Assembly: GCA_046598045.1 (NCBI GenBank)
Contig: JBKJJJ010000174.1
Span: 32,001-96,000, forward strand
Direction: 5' to 3'
DNA length: 64,000 nt
DNA from: Candidatus Eiseniibacteriota bacterium
Lineage (GTDB): Bacteria; Eisenbacteria; RBG-16-71-46; DASYSL01
The notes under the pieces were generated by a model. That model did not search any database. It was not told the origin of the DNA and was given only the letters and a program-made list of their open reading frames with translations. Below are positions 48,891 to 58,891 of this stretch, in pieces (within the stretch, counting starts at the first letter, position 1; each line of letters starts with the position of its first letter). The translations under genes were made by a program, and so were the position numbers.

Positions 48891-50603
48891 CTACGCGGCC
48901 TTGGCCTTGGGCTGCGCGTCGCCGCGGGCGATGAGCCACGACTGCAACGCGGTCAGCAGGTTGATCACGGTCCAGTAGAGGACCAGTCCCGACGGCAGGT
49001 TGTAGAACAGGAACAGGAAGACCAGGTTCATCAACGTCATCGTGGTCTTCTGCTTCGGGTCGGTCGGCGACATGTGCATCTGGAGCACCATCGACCCGTA
49101 CATCAACACCGGCATGAGGCGCAGCGGCACCGGCCCGATCTGGGCGAGCAGGTCCGGCGACGACAGGTCGGTGATCCAGCCCACGAAGCCCGCCTGGCGC
49201 AGCCCGATCGAATACCCGAGCACGTGGTAGAGCGCGAGGAAGAACGGCATCTGGATGACCATGGGCAGGCAACCCGAGAGCGGGTTGATCTTGTGCTCCT
49301 TGTAGAGGCCCATCATGGCCTCGTTCAGCTTCTGCGGATCCTTCTCGTGCTTCTTGCGGATGCGCTCGACTTCGGGCTGGATCTTCTGCATCGAGCGCAT
49401 CGAGCGCATGCCCTGCGACTGCAGCGGGTGCGTCGCCGCCTTGGCCAGCGTCGAGAGCAGGATGATCGCGAGGCCCCAGTTGCCGACGACCTTGTGGAAG
49501 AACCCGAGCAGCCACGCCAGCGCGGACGAGAACGGCCGGAAGAAGTTGAACGCAAATGCGTGCGGCGGCTCGAGGTCCATGCCGATGCGCTGGATGTGCC
49601 AGTAGTCGAGCGGCCCGGCATAGAGCATGTACTGGTGGACGCGTCCCGCGGCGGGCAGCGGCAGCGTGATGTCGCCGATCACTGCGTCGTGGGCCTCGGG
49701 AAGCGTGCCCGGCGCGAGGTTGGCCGACGTGGCGACGCCATCCACGTTCTCGGCGACCAACCCGAGCAGGAAGTACTTGCTGTGGACCGCGAGCCAGGAG
49801 ACGGCGCCCTCGCGCGATTTCACGCCCTTCTTGAGCCCCGTCGCCATCTCGCGGCGGTTGTCCTTGCCGACCTTCGCGGTCACGCCGAGGTTGTTGAGGT
49901 CCTCGAGGTGATTGCGCTCGGTTGCCAGCGGCCACGAGCGCAGCGCGATCCGGTAGTGCCTCAGGTCGAGCTTGGGGTCGAGCCCGGCGATCGAGACGGA
50001 GTAGCCGATGCGATAGTCGGCGGCGTTGAAGCGGAACGCCTGTTCGATCGTGAGCCCGCTCGAATCCCGCGCGGTGAACGTGAGCTTCGCGACGTGGCCC
50101 GAGGTGTCGAGGCTCTCGGCCCACGCGTAAGGCACGTCGTCGAGGTCGATCGGAGTCTGCGCGTCGCCGAGGTCGAGCGCGAGCGCCGGATCCCCCGACA
50201 GCGTGGCGCGGCCCGAGTTGCCGTCCTTGTAATCCTTGAGCACGACCGAGAGCAGGCGCGCGCCGCGCGCGCGAAGGCGCGCCGTGTAGAGCGGCTGCTC
50301 GATGGTCAGGATGCTGTCGGCGCCGGCGGGTGCGAGCCACGTGCCGTTTGCTCCGCCCGCGCTGTCGGGCGCGGCCGGGACATGGCTGCCGAGGATCGCA
50401 GCGGCCGGACCCTTGACCGGCGCGGGCGCTTGCAACTGCGGCGTGCCGCCGGGGACCGTCGGTCCCGCGGGCGTCTGCACCTTGACCTGGGCCTGGCGCT
50501 GTTGCGCGGGCGTGGGAATCCACCCGAGCTTCTGGAACAGGAGGTTGGAGCCGAACAGGACGACGAACGAGAGCGCGATCGCGACCAGCGCGCGGCGATC
50601 CAT
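48891..50603 (-). CDS. yidC: Membrane protein insertase YidC
   Basis: GNWGLAII, SMQKIQP, NPLSGCLP..IQMP, WI.DLS.PD, PSGLVLYW. Confidence 0.96.
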   Translation of the reverse strand: MDRRALVAIALSFVVLFGSNLLFQKLGWIPTPAQQRQAQVKVQTPAGPTVPGGTPQLQAPAPVKGPAAAILGSHVPAAPDSAGGANGTWLAPAGADSILTIEQPLYTARLRARGARLLSVVLKDYKDGNSGRATLSGDPALALDLGDAQTPIDLDDVPYAWAESLDTSGHVAKLTFTARDSSGLTIEQAFRFNAADYRIGYSVSIAGLDPKLDLRHYRIALRSWPLATERNHLEDLNNLGVTAKVGKDNRREMATGLKKGVKSREGAVSWLAVHSKYFLLGLVAENVDGVATSANLAPGTLPEAHDAVIGDITLPLPAAGRVHQYMLYAGPLDYWHIQRIGMDLEPPHAFAFNFFRPFSSALAWLLGFFHKVVGNWGLAIILLSTLAKAATHPLQSQGMRSMRSMQKIQPEVERIRKKHEKDPQKLNEAMMGLYKEHKINPLSGCLPMVIQMPFFLALYHVLGYSIGLRQAGFVGWITDLSSPDLLAQIGPVPLRLMPVLMYGSMVLQMHMSPTDPKQKTTMTLMNLVFLFLFYNLPSGLVLYWTVINLLTALQSWLIARGDAQPKAKAA

Positions 50604-50606
50604 GCG

Positions 50607-50828
50607 TCAGGCGTCCCGCGTCGGAGTGGTGGGCACGGGATCGACGCCGTGGCCGCCCCAGGGGTGGCAGCGGAGCAGGCGCTGCGCGGTCAGGCCGAGG
50701 CCGCGCCACGAGCCGTGCCGGATCAACGCCTCCTCGGCGAATTCGGAACACGAAGGCCAGTAGCGGCAGGTGGCAGGCAGCAGCGGAGAGACGAGGCGCC
50801 GGTAGAGCCGGATCACCAGGACGGTCAT
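50607..50828 (-). CDS. yidD: Membrane protein insertion efficiency factor
   Basis: Y...SP..P..CRY.PSCS.....A...HG...G..L...R.LRCHPW..HG.DPVP. Confidence 0.92.
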   Translation of the reverse strand: MTVLVIRLYRRLVSPLLPATCRYWPSCSEFAEEALIRHGSWRGLGLTAQRLLRCHPWGGHGVDPVPTTPTRDA

Positions 50829-50833
50829 GGGGA

Positions 50834-51232
50834 TCAAGAGTCGAGTACTCCCAGTTGCTGCATGAGTTGGGCGACGTCGAGCGCCAGTCGATCGAAGTCT
50901 ACGTGCGGCGCCGAGGGCAGCGCAATCAGCACGACCTGCCGGCCGTCGGGATGCACCCGGGGCCAGAGCGCCCGCGCGATCTGGCGCAGGCGGCGCTTGG
51001 TGCGATTGCGCAACACCGCGTTGCCCACCTTGCGGCTGGCGATGATCCCGACCCGGGACGGCTCGCCGACTGCGACGTGGGCGTAGGCCACCACGCACTG
51101 CCCGCGGCGGCTCAAACCCTCGCGGAACGCGCGCTGATACTGCCACCCGCGGACGAGGCGATGCGCGCGCCCAAAGCGCGCGCGCGGCTCCGGCCCGCCC
51201 GGTGGGACCGGGGGATCGGCGGGACGCACCAT
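50834..51232 (-). CDS. rnpA: Ribonuclease P protein component
   Basis: RVG...SRKVGNAV.RNR.KRRLR. Confidence 0.92.
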   Translation of the reverse strand: MVRPADPPVPPGGPEPRARFGRAHRLVRGWQYQRAFREGLSRRGQCVVAYAHVAVGEPSRVGIIASRKVGNAVLRNRTKRRLRQIARALWPRVHPDGRQVVLIALPSAPHVDFDRLALDVAQLMQQLGVLDS

Positions 51233-51266
51233 GTTTTCGTCCGGGATGACGGCTCGGCGCGGGCGA

Positions 51267-51407
51267 CTACGAGGAGACGGTCAGACGCTTGCGGCCGCGG
51301 GCGCGACGACGCGCCAGGACCTTGCGACCGTTCGCCGTCTTCATCCGGGCACGGAAGCCGTGCACCTTCCTGCGGCGGCGGTTGTGGGGTTGAAACGTGC
51401 GCTTCAA
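51267..51407 (-). CDS. rpmH: 50S ribosomal protein L34
   Basis: [44 protein letters not shown] start after GGAGG. Confidence 0.97.
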   Translation of the reverse strand: MKRTFQPHNRRRRKVHGFRARMKTANGRKVLARRRARGRKRLTVSS

Positions 51408-51698
51408 GACAGACCTCCAGACAGGGGCGATTCCGGGAAACCCAAGACCGGGAAAGTACTTAACTCCGGCCGGAAGGTCAAGGGTCGTGCCCCTGAAATT
51501 GCAGACCCTCTCCGAGGAGGCCGCGCCGGGCGCGGGCGGGAGGCCCAAAGTCGGCGGGCAGCCAAAATCGGACTCAACTCATTGTTCTGTATTGCATTAG
51601 GCTGACTCGCATATCATTTCAGGGGCACGAGGGAAGGGTTGCAGTCGTTCGCGGGGACCCTTAGCTTGTGTCCAACCCCCTCAGGAGGAGGCAAAACC

Positions 51699-52415
51699 AT
51701 GGACCAGAGCCTTTCCCGCGGCATCGCGATCGCCGACGCCGCACCCGAAGTCCGCTCGGCCTACCTGCGTAAGGTCCTCGGCATCACCGTCTTCGGCCTG
51801 GCCCTGGCGGCCGTCGTGGGCGTGGCGAGCGCGCTGGCGATCGCCACTCAGCCCCGGCTGTTCTCGGGTTACTGGCCGCTGGCGCTGATTCTCGGCTGCT
51901 GGGCGATCACGAACTTCGTCGCCCGCCCGATGGTGTTCGGGACCGCCAAGTGGCCGGGGTTCCTGCTTGGGACCGTGGCGCAGGGCGCCGCAATGGGCTT
52001 CATCCTGCTGGTCGGCGTGCTGGTCTCGCAGCAGGCGTTCGCCAATCCCTTCCGACTCGTCGGGACGGCGCTCGGGATCACGCTCTGCACGGGCATCGGG
52101 CTGGCGATCTACGTCTCCGCGGAGCGGCGCGAATTCTCGCTCCTGCGCGCCGGCCTGGGTGCGGTGTTCATCCCGATGCTCATCCTGATGGGCGTCTCGT
52201 TCGCGTTCCCGAACTTCCTGGGCGGACCGATCGGGATCGCGGTCAGCGCGGTGTTCGTGCTGATCTCGGCTGCGGGGCTGCTCTACCAGCTCAACCTGGT
52301 GATGCACGAGTTCACCGAGGACATGGCGATCGAGGGCGCATACATCGTGACCATCGGCCTCTTGATCCTGTTCTGGAACGTGCTCTCGCTGCTCACCCGC
52401 ATCTTCCGCCGCTAG
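51699..52415 (+). CDS. Bax inhibitor-1/YccA family membrane protein
   Basis: R.AYLRKV, about 7 TM helices, ..FS.L...L, C-terminal LFWN.L.LL; GGAGGAGG RBS. Confidence 0.8.
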   Translation: MDQSLSRGIAIADAAPEVRSAYLRKVLGITVFGLALAAVVGVASALAIATQPRLFSGYWPLALILGCWAITNFVARPMVFGTAKWPGFLLGTVAQGAAMGFILLVGVLVSQQAFANPFRLVGTALGITLCTGIGLAIYVSAERREFSLLRAGLGAVFIPMLILMGVSFAFPNFLGGPIGIAVSAVFVLISAAGLLYQLNLVMHEFTEDMAIEGAYIVTIGLLILFWNVLSLLTRIFRR

Positions 52416-52425
52416 GGAGCGCCCC

Positions 52426-52980
52426 TTGCCCACGCCCGCCGACGAGCTCACGAAGTCCGCGCTGACCGCGTCGGCGGGCGACCACCCCGGGACGATCCAG
52501 TCGTACTACCCGTTCTGGGACTCGTACTTCCGGCCCTACCTGCTCGACGCGGTCGAGTTGCTGCCGGCGTCGCAGTTCGACTTCAAGCCGCGGCCCGAGA
52601 TGCTGACCGCGAGCCAGCTCATCCTCCACATCGCCGAGGCCGAACGCTGGTGGATCCATCACATCGTCGAGCAGGAGCGCTACGAGGACTTCGTGGTCCG
52701 GCACGAGGACCCGGCCCGGGGCTGGGTGACCGTGTATGACGCGCCGGACCACAACATGCTGCGCTTCACGCTCGAGGAGTACCACCGCCACACGCAGCGA
52801 CTGTTCGGGCTGCCGGCCCGGGAACTCGAGCGCCGGGTGACGCATCGGCGGGAGAATGGCGTGGAGACGACCTACTCGCTGCACTGGATCCTGGCCCACG
52901 TCGAGGAACACGAGCTGCACCACCGCGCGCAGCTGAGCATGTACCTCCGGCTGCTGGGGATCCCGCCGCCGACTTTCTGA
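52426..52980 (+). CDS. DinB family protein
   Basis: DFKP, LHIAEAE.WW, WIL.HV.EHE.HHRAQL..YLR. Confidence 0.88.
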   Translation: MPTPADELTKSALTASAGDHPGTIQSYYPFWDSYFRPYLLDAVELLPASQFDFKPRPEMLTASQLILHIAEAERWWIHHIVEQERYEDFVVRHEDPARGWVTVYDAPDHNMLRFTLEEYHRHTQRLFGLPARELERRVTHRRENGVETTYSLHWILAHVEEHELHHRAQLSMYLRLLGIPPPTF

Positions 52981-52986
52981 GCCGAC

Positions 52987-54474
52987 CTACTCGACCATTT
53001 CCTCGGGGCGCACGTCGACCTTCTCCGGGTGGACCGCCTCCAGCACGGTGACGTGGCTGGAGTGGCCGCGCGGGACGCCCTGGTTCGCCAGGTCGATGCG
53101 GCGGCCGTCGAGCGACGGCATGCCGGACACCTCGCGCAGGATCTTGACCACGGGGGCGGTGACGTCCTCGGCGTTCGGGTAGACCGACAGCGCGAGCTCG
53201 CCGCTCGACAGCCGCACGAGCGTGCCCGGGGGGTAGATCCCGACCGTCTGGATGAACACCTTGAGCAGCGTCGAATCGAAGCGCTCGGGAATCTTGCTCG
53301 TCATGTAGTGCAGCGCCTCGTAGGGCGTGAACGGGTGCTTCTGGTACGAGCGGTGCGCGGTCATGGCGTCGAAGCAGTCGCAGACCGCGACGATGCGACT
53401 CATCAGGTTCTGCTCGCGCGGCCGCTTGACGTGCGGGTAGCCCGAGAGGTCGATGTTGAGGTGATGCTCGTAGGCGACGGCGATCGCGCGCATCGCCAGC
53501 GGCGACAACCCGTGGAGGCGCGTGATGATCTTCACGCCCTCGATCGGGTGGGTCTGCATGAGCGACCACTCCTCGGGCGAGAGCCGGCCGGGCTTGGCGA
53601 GGATCTCGTTCGGGATCACGACCTTGCCGATGTCGTGGAACAGGCCGGACACGCCGAGCTGCGAGAGCTGCTGCTTGGTGAGCCCGAGCCGGTGGCCGAC
53701 GGCGATCGAGAGAATCGCGACGTTGACGCAATGCTGGTACGTGTACTCGTCGTAGTCCTTGAGCGTGGTCATGCCGAGCAGCGACAGCTCCTGCGACAGG
53801 ATCAGGTCCACGATCGACTGCACGGCGCGCTTCGCCTGGCGCAGGTCCACGCTCTTGCCGCGACGCGCGGTGAGCATCACGTTCTTGGTCGACTGGATCG
53901 CGCGGAAGAACGTCTTCTTCGCGACCATGCGGCGACCCTGGGCCTCGGTGTCGGTCGGGTCCGCGGGCGGCAGCACGAGTTCGCGCACCGGCAGGATGCG
54001 CGAGACGCCCTCGACCTCGCACTGCGCGATGATCGCGTCGAAATCCGGCGGCGATTGCGCCGACTCACCGAGGAAGATGCGCGTGAAGGTCTGCAGCTCG
54101 CTGCGCTCGAGGCTCTGCGAGAAGCGCAGGCCCCCGACGTGCCGCCGCGCGAGCTCGTCGCAGATGAACTGGTGTGACGCGTAGCCGACCACGTCCACCT
54201 TGAGGCGCTGGTCGTTGATGTACAGGCAGTCGCCCACCACCTGGATCACGAAGTCCGAGCCGAGCGACAGCATCTGCTGGATCGAGTCCATCAGGTTGCC
54301 GAGCGATTGCGCGTACGCGACGTTGCGCGCGTCGTAGAGGCGCGCCGTCTTCCAGAACACGGAGAGGTTCGCGGCCAGCGAGCGGCCGGCGACGGTCAGG
54401 CGCGAGGCATGGGCCTCGTCACCGACATCGCGCGAAAGTTCGCGGGCGGAGTTGCCGTCGTGATGGGGGTTCAT
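52987..54474 (-). CDS. HD-GYP domain phosphodiesterase with an uncharacterised N-terminal domain
   Basis: DEYTYQHCVNV, HDIGK, HP..G, EHH...D.SGYP, IVAVCD.FDAMT..R.Y, GIYPPGT.VRL. Confidence 0.9.
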   Translation of the reverse strand: MNPHHDGNSARELSRDVGDEAHASRLTVAGRSLAANLSVFWKTARLYDARNVAYAQSLGNLMDSIQQMLSLGSDFVIQVVGDCLYINDQRLKVDVVGYASHQFICDELARRHVGGLRFSQSLERSELQTFTRIFLGESAQSPPDFDAIIAQCEVEGVSRILPVRELVLPPADPTDTEAQGRRMVAKKTFFRAIQSTKNVMLTARRGKSVDLRQAKRAVQSIVDLILSQELSLLGMTTLKDYDEYTYQHCVNVAILSIAVGHRLGLTKQQLSQLGVSGLFHDIGKVVIPNEILAKPGRLSPEEWSLMQTHPIEGVKIITRLHGLSPLAMRAIAVAYEHHLNIDLSGYPHVKRPREQNLMSRIVAVCDCFDAMTAHRSYQKHPFTPYEALHYMTSKIPERFDSTLLKVFIQTVGIYPPGTLVRLSSGELALSVYPNAEDVTAPVVKILREVSGMPSLDGRRIDLANQGVPRGHSSHVTVLEAVHPEKVDVRPEEMVE

Positions 54475-56447
54475 GCGGCCTGGTCCTGGCTTTCCTCGAG
54501 CGCCTTCCTGCTGGCGCCCCGCACCGCGGGAATGAGGCTCCGGGCGTGCCGCCTGAGCACGGCCTGGGCATCGGGATCGTTCATGTGCGCCAGCGCCTGG
54601 GCGGCGAGTTCGCGGCGCGCGCGCAGGTCGCTGCCGCCGCCGAGGCGCCACAGGCCGAGCCACGCGTCGAGCGTGGCCAGCACCACGGGACCGCCGACGC
54701 CGACCAGCGTGTCGAAGTAGGCGCCGCGCTCCACCGTCGATTGCTCCGCGAAGCGCGGGCCGCCGAGCACGGCGAGCAGCCGCTCGGCGAGCGCGCGGCT
54801 TTCCTGCGCGGCGCCGAACGACTCGCGCACCGCGTGCAGGCCGGCCGCGCGGACCTGGGGATCGTCGTCGTCGAGCGCGCGCAGGAGATAAGGCCGCGAG
54901 TTGGGGTTGCCCGTCGCGGCGATCGCGGCGATCGCCTCCTTGCGCACGCGGGCCTCCACGTGCGACGTGGCGGCCGTGAGCGCCTGCTCGGCGTCGGGGC
55001 TGCCGACCTGCGCAAGCACCTGCACGAGCAACCGCGCGGCCGCGGGCGGCGCGTGATCGATGCGCCCGCGCACGGCGGCGAGATCCTGCTTCGCGAGCTC
55101 GACCAGCGCGAGCTGGAGGTAGCCGTGCAGCGAGTGCAGGTCGACGTCGACCAGCAGGTCCACGACCGGGTCGATCACGCGCGGACCGAGGTGCACGAGA
55201 AATTCGGGAAGCAACGATCCGTCGGCCTCGGGGTGGCGCCCGAGCGCGGACACCGCTTGCGCGGTGAGATCGCGCACGTCGGGCATGAAGCCCTGTGGGT
55301 CGTGCCCGCGGCTGGCGGAGAGGGTCTTGAGCGTCGCGACGATCTCGACCGCGTGGCGGAGGTCGGCCTCCTGCACGACGACGATCAGCAGGTCGCCGAA
55401 CGCGCGCGCGAGATCGGCGAACGCCTCGGGCTTGGTCTCGATCTCGGCGACCTCGGTCAGGATCTCGAGCACCACGTCGTGCAGCGAGCGCGAGTGCTCG
55501 CGGTGGATCTCCTCGGCGAGCGCCTCGATCTCCTGCGACGTGAGATGCAGGAAGTCGCTCGAGCAGCTCTCGTCGACGTGCGCCACCGGCACGAGTTCGT
55601 TCCAGTCGTCGGCGCGGTGGCCGGAGCCGCCGTCCTCCGCGGTCCAGCCGTGATGCTCGGTCCAGGGCACGCCGGTCAGCTCGTCGACCGCCTCGGACTC
55701 GTCGCGCTGCGGGAACGAGAGCTCCAGCTCGGCGCGCGCCTCCGCGCTCAACTGCTGCAGGTCCATGCTCTCGTGCAGGTCGTCGATCGCGAGGTAGGCG
55801 TACGAGATGTGCGAGAACTCCTGCTCCCAGAACAGCGTCACCAGGTCGTCCTCGAGCGAGGCCGATTCCATCGCGTGCGCCATCACCGAGAGGAAATCCT
55901 CGAGCTCCTCGGAGGCGAGGCCCTCCTGGAAGACCAGCTCGGTGATGCCGTCCTTCGAGAAGCGGAACGCGATCGATTCCTTCTTGCTCGTGTTGTTGTA
56001 GATGCTCTGCCCGAGGAACAGGAGGTCGAACTGCTGCACGGTGACGTGGACGTCGCCGACGGCCTCGAGCGTCTCCGACATCGCGATCGTGGCTTCGGCG
56101 AGGATCCGTTGGAGCTGGGGATTGTTCGCCGGATACATGCGCTTGGCCTTGAGCGCGCGCACCAGGATGCGCATCAGGTCGCGCAGCCGCCCGATGGTCT
56201 GCTGCTCGCGCTGTTCGGCATCGAGCGCGGCGAGTCCCGGGGCGAGCGGAGTTCCCGCCGCCTCGCCGGCGGAAGTCGGGGACGACTCGTCGTCGTCGCC
56301 GGGCTCCACCGTCGAACCGAAACCGTTGATGGGCGTGTTCGGCAGTTTCAGGGGCTTCATGCGGGCGGGCGTGTTGCTGATGCCCTCGCCGCGCGAGCCC
56401 GGCCCGCCGGCCATGCCGCGTTCGTCTTCGGGTTGATCCACGGGCAT
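54471..56447 (-). CDS. HEAT-repeat protein
   Basis: C-terminal HEAT repeats (H.EARVRKEAI, ALDDDDPQVR.A); its stop overlaps the HD-GYP start (ATGA). Confidence 0.82.
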   Translation of the reverse strand: MPVDQPEDERGMAGGPGSRGEGISNTPARMKPLKLPNTPINGFGSTVEPGDDDESSPTSAGEAAGTPLAPGLAALDAEQREQQTIGRLRDLMRILVRALKAKRMYPANNPQLQRILAEATIAMSETLEAVGDVHVTVQQFDLLFLGQSIYNNTSKKESIAFRFSKDGITELVFQEGLASEELEDFLSVMAHAMESASLEDDLVTLFWEQEFSHISYAYLAIDDLHESMDLQQLSAEARAELELSFPQRDESEAVDELTGVPWTEHHGWTAEDGGSGHRADDWNELVPVAHVDESCSSDFLHLTSQEIEALAEEIHREHSRSLHDVVLEILTEVAEIETKPEAFADLARAFGDLLIVVVQEADLRHAVEIVATLKTLSASRGHDPQGFMPDVRDLTAQAVSALGRHPEADGSLLPEFLVHLGPRVIDPVVDLLVDVDLHSLHGYLQLALVELAKQDLAAVRGRIDHAPPAAARLLVQVLAQVGSPDAEQALTAATSHVEARVRKEAIAAIAATGNPNSRPYLLRALDDDDPQVRAAGLHAVRESFGAAQESRALAERLLAVLGGPRFAEQSTVERGAYFDTLVGVGGPVVLATLDAWLGLWRLGGGSDLRARRELAAQALAHMNDPDAQAVLRRHARSLIPAVRGASRKALEESQDQAA

Positions 56448-56527
56448 GCTCCCTCCGAGCCGGTTATCGGCGAAAGGGGGGCGTCCCTGAAGGGAAACCG
56501 TGTTGCAATCTGCATCGGAAGGAATGG

Positions 56528-56556
56528 TTGACCGCGCGCCCGCGCGCGCCTACGGT
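56528..56556 (+). promoter_or_regulatory. Sigma70-like promoter ahead of the riboswitch
   Basis: TTGACC-N17-TACGGT. Confidence 0.55.
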
Positions 56557-56568
56557 GCGAACAGTTTC

Positions 56569-56728
56569 GATCGGGTGCCCTGCAGCCAGGGGTGAAAAGG
56601 GAAGGGGGTGCGAATCCCCCACGATCCCGTCACTGTGATGGGCGAGCCGCGATTCCACGATGCCACTGGCCGCAAGGCCGGGAAGGCGGAACCGGCGCCG
56701 AGCCCTCAGTCAGGAGACCTGCCCGGTC
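56569..56728 (+). ncRNA. Cobalamin riboswitch
   Basis: GGTGCCC...AAAAGGGAA.GGGGTGCGAATCCCC...CCCGTCACTGTGA...GCCACTG...GGGAAGG...AGTCAGGAGACCTGCC (B12 box); upstream of a TonB-dependent receptor. Confidence 0.95.
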
Positions 56729-56860
56729 CACGTTCCCGTGACTCTCCGCGAGAGAGAGGCTGGGCGATTTTCCCGTCCCGCCAAAGCGGGCGCCCGCCCG
56801 CCGCTCTCCCGTCGTGACGAGTCGCATGCCTGGACCAGCCACGAGGCGGGAGACCTCGTC

Positions 56861-58891
56861 GTGTCCTTCGTTCCCGCAATGGCATTGCTCGTGGCGCTCG
56901 CCTCCGGCGACAGCGTGCTCACGCTGCCGGGCGTCGAGGTGCGCGACGCGCGCCCGCTCGACGACCCGGCGCTCCGCCGCGCCCCGGGGTTCGCGCGCTC
57001 GTACGACGTGACGCCGGCCTACGGCCGCCTCGGCACGGTGAGCGACCTGCTCGCGCGCGGCGTGGGCGTCCACGTGCGCCAGTTCGGCGGGCTCGGCGCG
57101 TTCAGCGCGGTGTCGATCCGCGGCTCCTCGAGCGCGCAGGTCGCGTACTACCTCGACGGCGCTCCGCTCAACCAGGCGCAGTACGGCGTGGTCAATGCCG
57201 CCGACCTGCCGATCGAGGCGCTGTCGCGCATCGAGGTCTACCGCGGCGGCGCACCGCTCGCGTTCGATGCACCCGGGGGCGGCGTGGTCGAGCTGGTCAC
57301 GCGCGACGACCCGGGCCGCTGGATGCGCGCCGACCTCGGCGGCGGCAGCTTCGGCACGCGCAAGCTGGACCTCGCATTGGGCGCGACCCGCGCGCGCACC
57401 ACGCTCATGGCCGTCGTGCAGAGCCTCGCGAGCCACGGCGACTTCCGCTACCTCGACGACAACGCCACCGATGCCAACACGGACGACGACACGCTGCGCA
57501 CGCGCGCGAACAACGCATTCGATTCTTACGCGGTCACCGCGCGCGTGGCGCAGGGCGTGGGCCCGGCACGGATCGCGCTGACACATGACCGCCTCGGCAA
57601 GCGCCAGGGCGTACCGGGCACGGGCGCGAACACCGCGCTCGCGGCGCGGCTGCGCACCGACCGCGCGGTGAGCGTGCTGCGCGCGGCCGCCGAGACCTGG
57701 CCGCTCACGCCCGTGCAGTCGTTCTTCTACGCGCAGCAACGCGACCGCTTCTCGGACCTCGCGCGGGAGTTGAGCGGGACGAAGCAGGACAACGACGATC
57801 ACACCACGCGCTACGGGGCGCGCACCGAGGCTGCGCTTGCGCTGCCCGGCGCGCTCGGCGGCACGCATCGCCTCGCGCTGCTGGGCGAGGCGCGGCGCGA
57901 ACGCTACACGCCGAAGATCAACCTGCCCGCGCCACGCGTGCTCGCCACGTCGCAGCGCGAGGTCGCGATTTATGGCGCGGAAGATCGCTGGTCTCCGGGC
58001 CGCGGCCGGCTCGGGCTGACCGCGCAGGCCCGGCGCGAGCTGACGTTCGACGCGTTCCCCGCCGGACCGGCGTATCCGGGCGCGCTCCCGTCGCCGGCTG
58101 CTGACCGGACGATCCGCCTGACGCGCTGGACCGTGGCTGCGCACGTGGAGTTGGTGCGCGGCACGGCGGGGACGCTCGCGCTTCGCACCTCGCTCGCGCG
58201 GCTCGCGCGCACGCCCACGCTCGAGGAGCTGTTCGGCAACCGCGGGGGCGTGCACGGCAACCGCGACGCGCTGCCCGAGCGGGTGCTCACGCGCGACGCC
58301 GGGCTGACCGGCGCGTGGACGCTCGCGCAAGGCGGCGCGGCGCGGCCGCGCGCGCTCGAGGCCCAGCTGTCGGCGTACCGCTCGGACGCAGACGACTTGC
58401 TGGTGTTCATCCAGAACTCCGCGCGCACGTCGGTGGCGCAGAACGTGGCGGCGGCGCGGCTCGAGGGCATCGAGCTGGCGTCGCGCGCGGCGTGGGCGTG
58501 GGGCCTCTCCGCCGATCTTTCGTGGACGCGCCAGTGGACGCGCGACCAGGGGCAGGTCGCGTACTGGCGCGGCAAGGACCTGCCCGGCCGCCCGCGCGAC
58601 GAGGCCAGCCTCGGGCTGTCGCTCGAGCGCGGCCCGGTGCGCGGCTTCGGCGAGCTGCACGCCACTTCCCCCTTCCATCTCGATCGCTACAACCAGGTCA
58701 CGATCCCGGCACGCGCACTGGTCGACGTCGGCGCGTCGTACGCATTTGCCGGGCGCACCACCGATGTCGTCCTCGAATGCCGCAACGTGGGCGACGCGCA
58801 CGTGCAGGACTTCGGCGGCTATCCCCTTCCCGGGCGCTCGTGGGCGCTGGGCATCCGTTTCCATCTCGATCGAAAGGCAGATCTCCCGTGA
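56861..58891 (+). CDS. TonB-dependent receptor, probably for cobalamin (BtuB-like)
   Basis: Plug domain (GV.VRQ.GG.G..S.VSIRGS...QV..YLDG.PLN, IEVYRG), RTPT..EL.G...GN..L.PE, N+.D...YPLPGR; downstream of the B12 riboswitch. Confidence 0.88.
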   Translation: MSFVPAMALLVALASGDSVLTLPGVEVRDARPLDDPALRRAPGFARSYDVTPAYGRLGTVSDLLARGVGVHVRQFGGLGAFSAVSIRGSSSAQVAYYLDGAPLNQAQYGVVNAADLPIEALSRIEVYRGGAPLAFDAPGGGVVELVTRDDPGRWMRADLGGGSFGTRKLDLALGATRARTTLMAVVQSLASHGDFRYLDDNATDANTDDDTLRTRANNAFDSYAVTARVAQGVGPARIALTHDRLGKRQGVPGTGANTALAARLRTDRAVSVLRAAAETWPLTPVQSFFYAQQRDRFSDLARELSGTKQDNDDHTTRYGARTEAALALPGALGGTHRLALLGEARRERYTPKINLPAPRVLATSQREVAIYGAEDRWSPGRGRLGLTAQARRELTFDAFPAGPAYPGALPSPAADRTIRLTRWTVAAHVELVRGTAGTLALRTSLARLARTPTLEELFGNRGGVHGNRDALPERVLTRDAGLTGAWTLAQGGAARPRALEAQLSAYRSDADDLLVFIQNSARTSVAQNVAAARLEGIELASRAAWAWGLSADLSWTRQWTRDQGQVAYWRGKDLPGRPRDEASLGLSLERGPVRGFGELHATSPFHLDRYNQVTIPARALVDVGASYAFAGRTTDVVLECRNVGDAHVQDFGGYPLPGRSWALGIRFHLDRKADLP

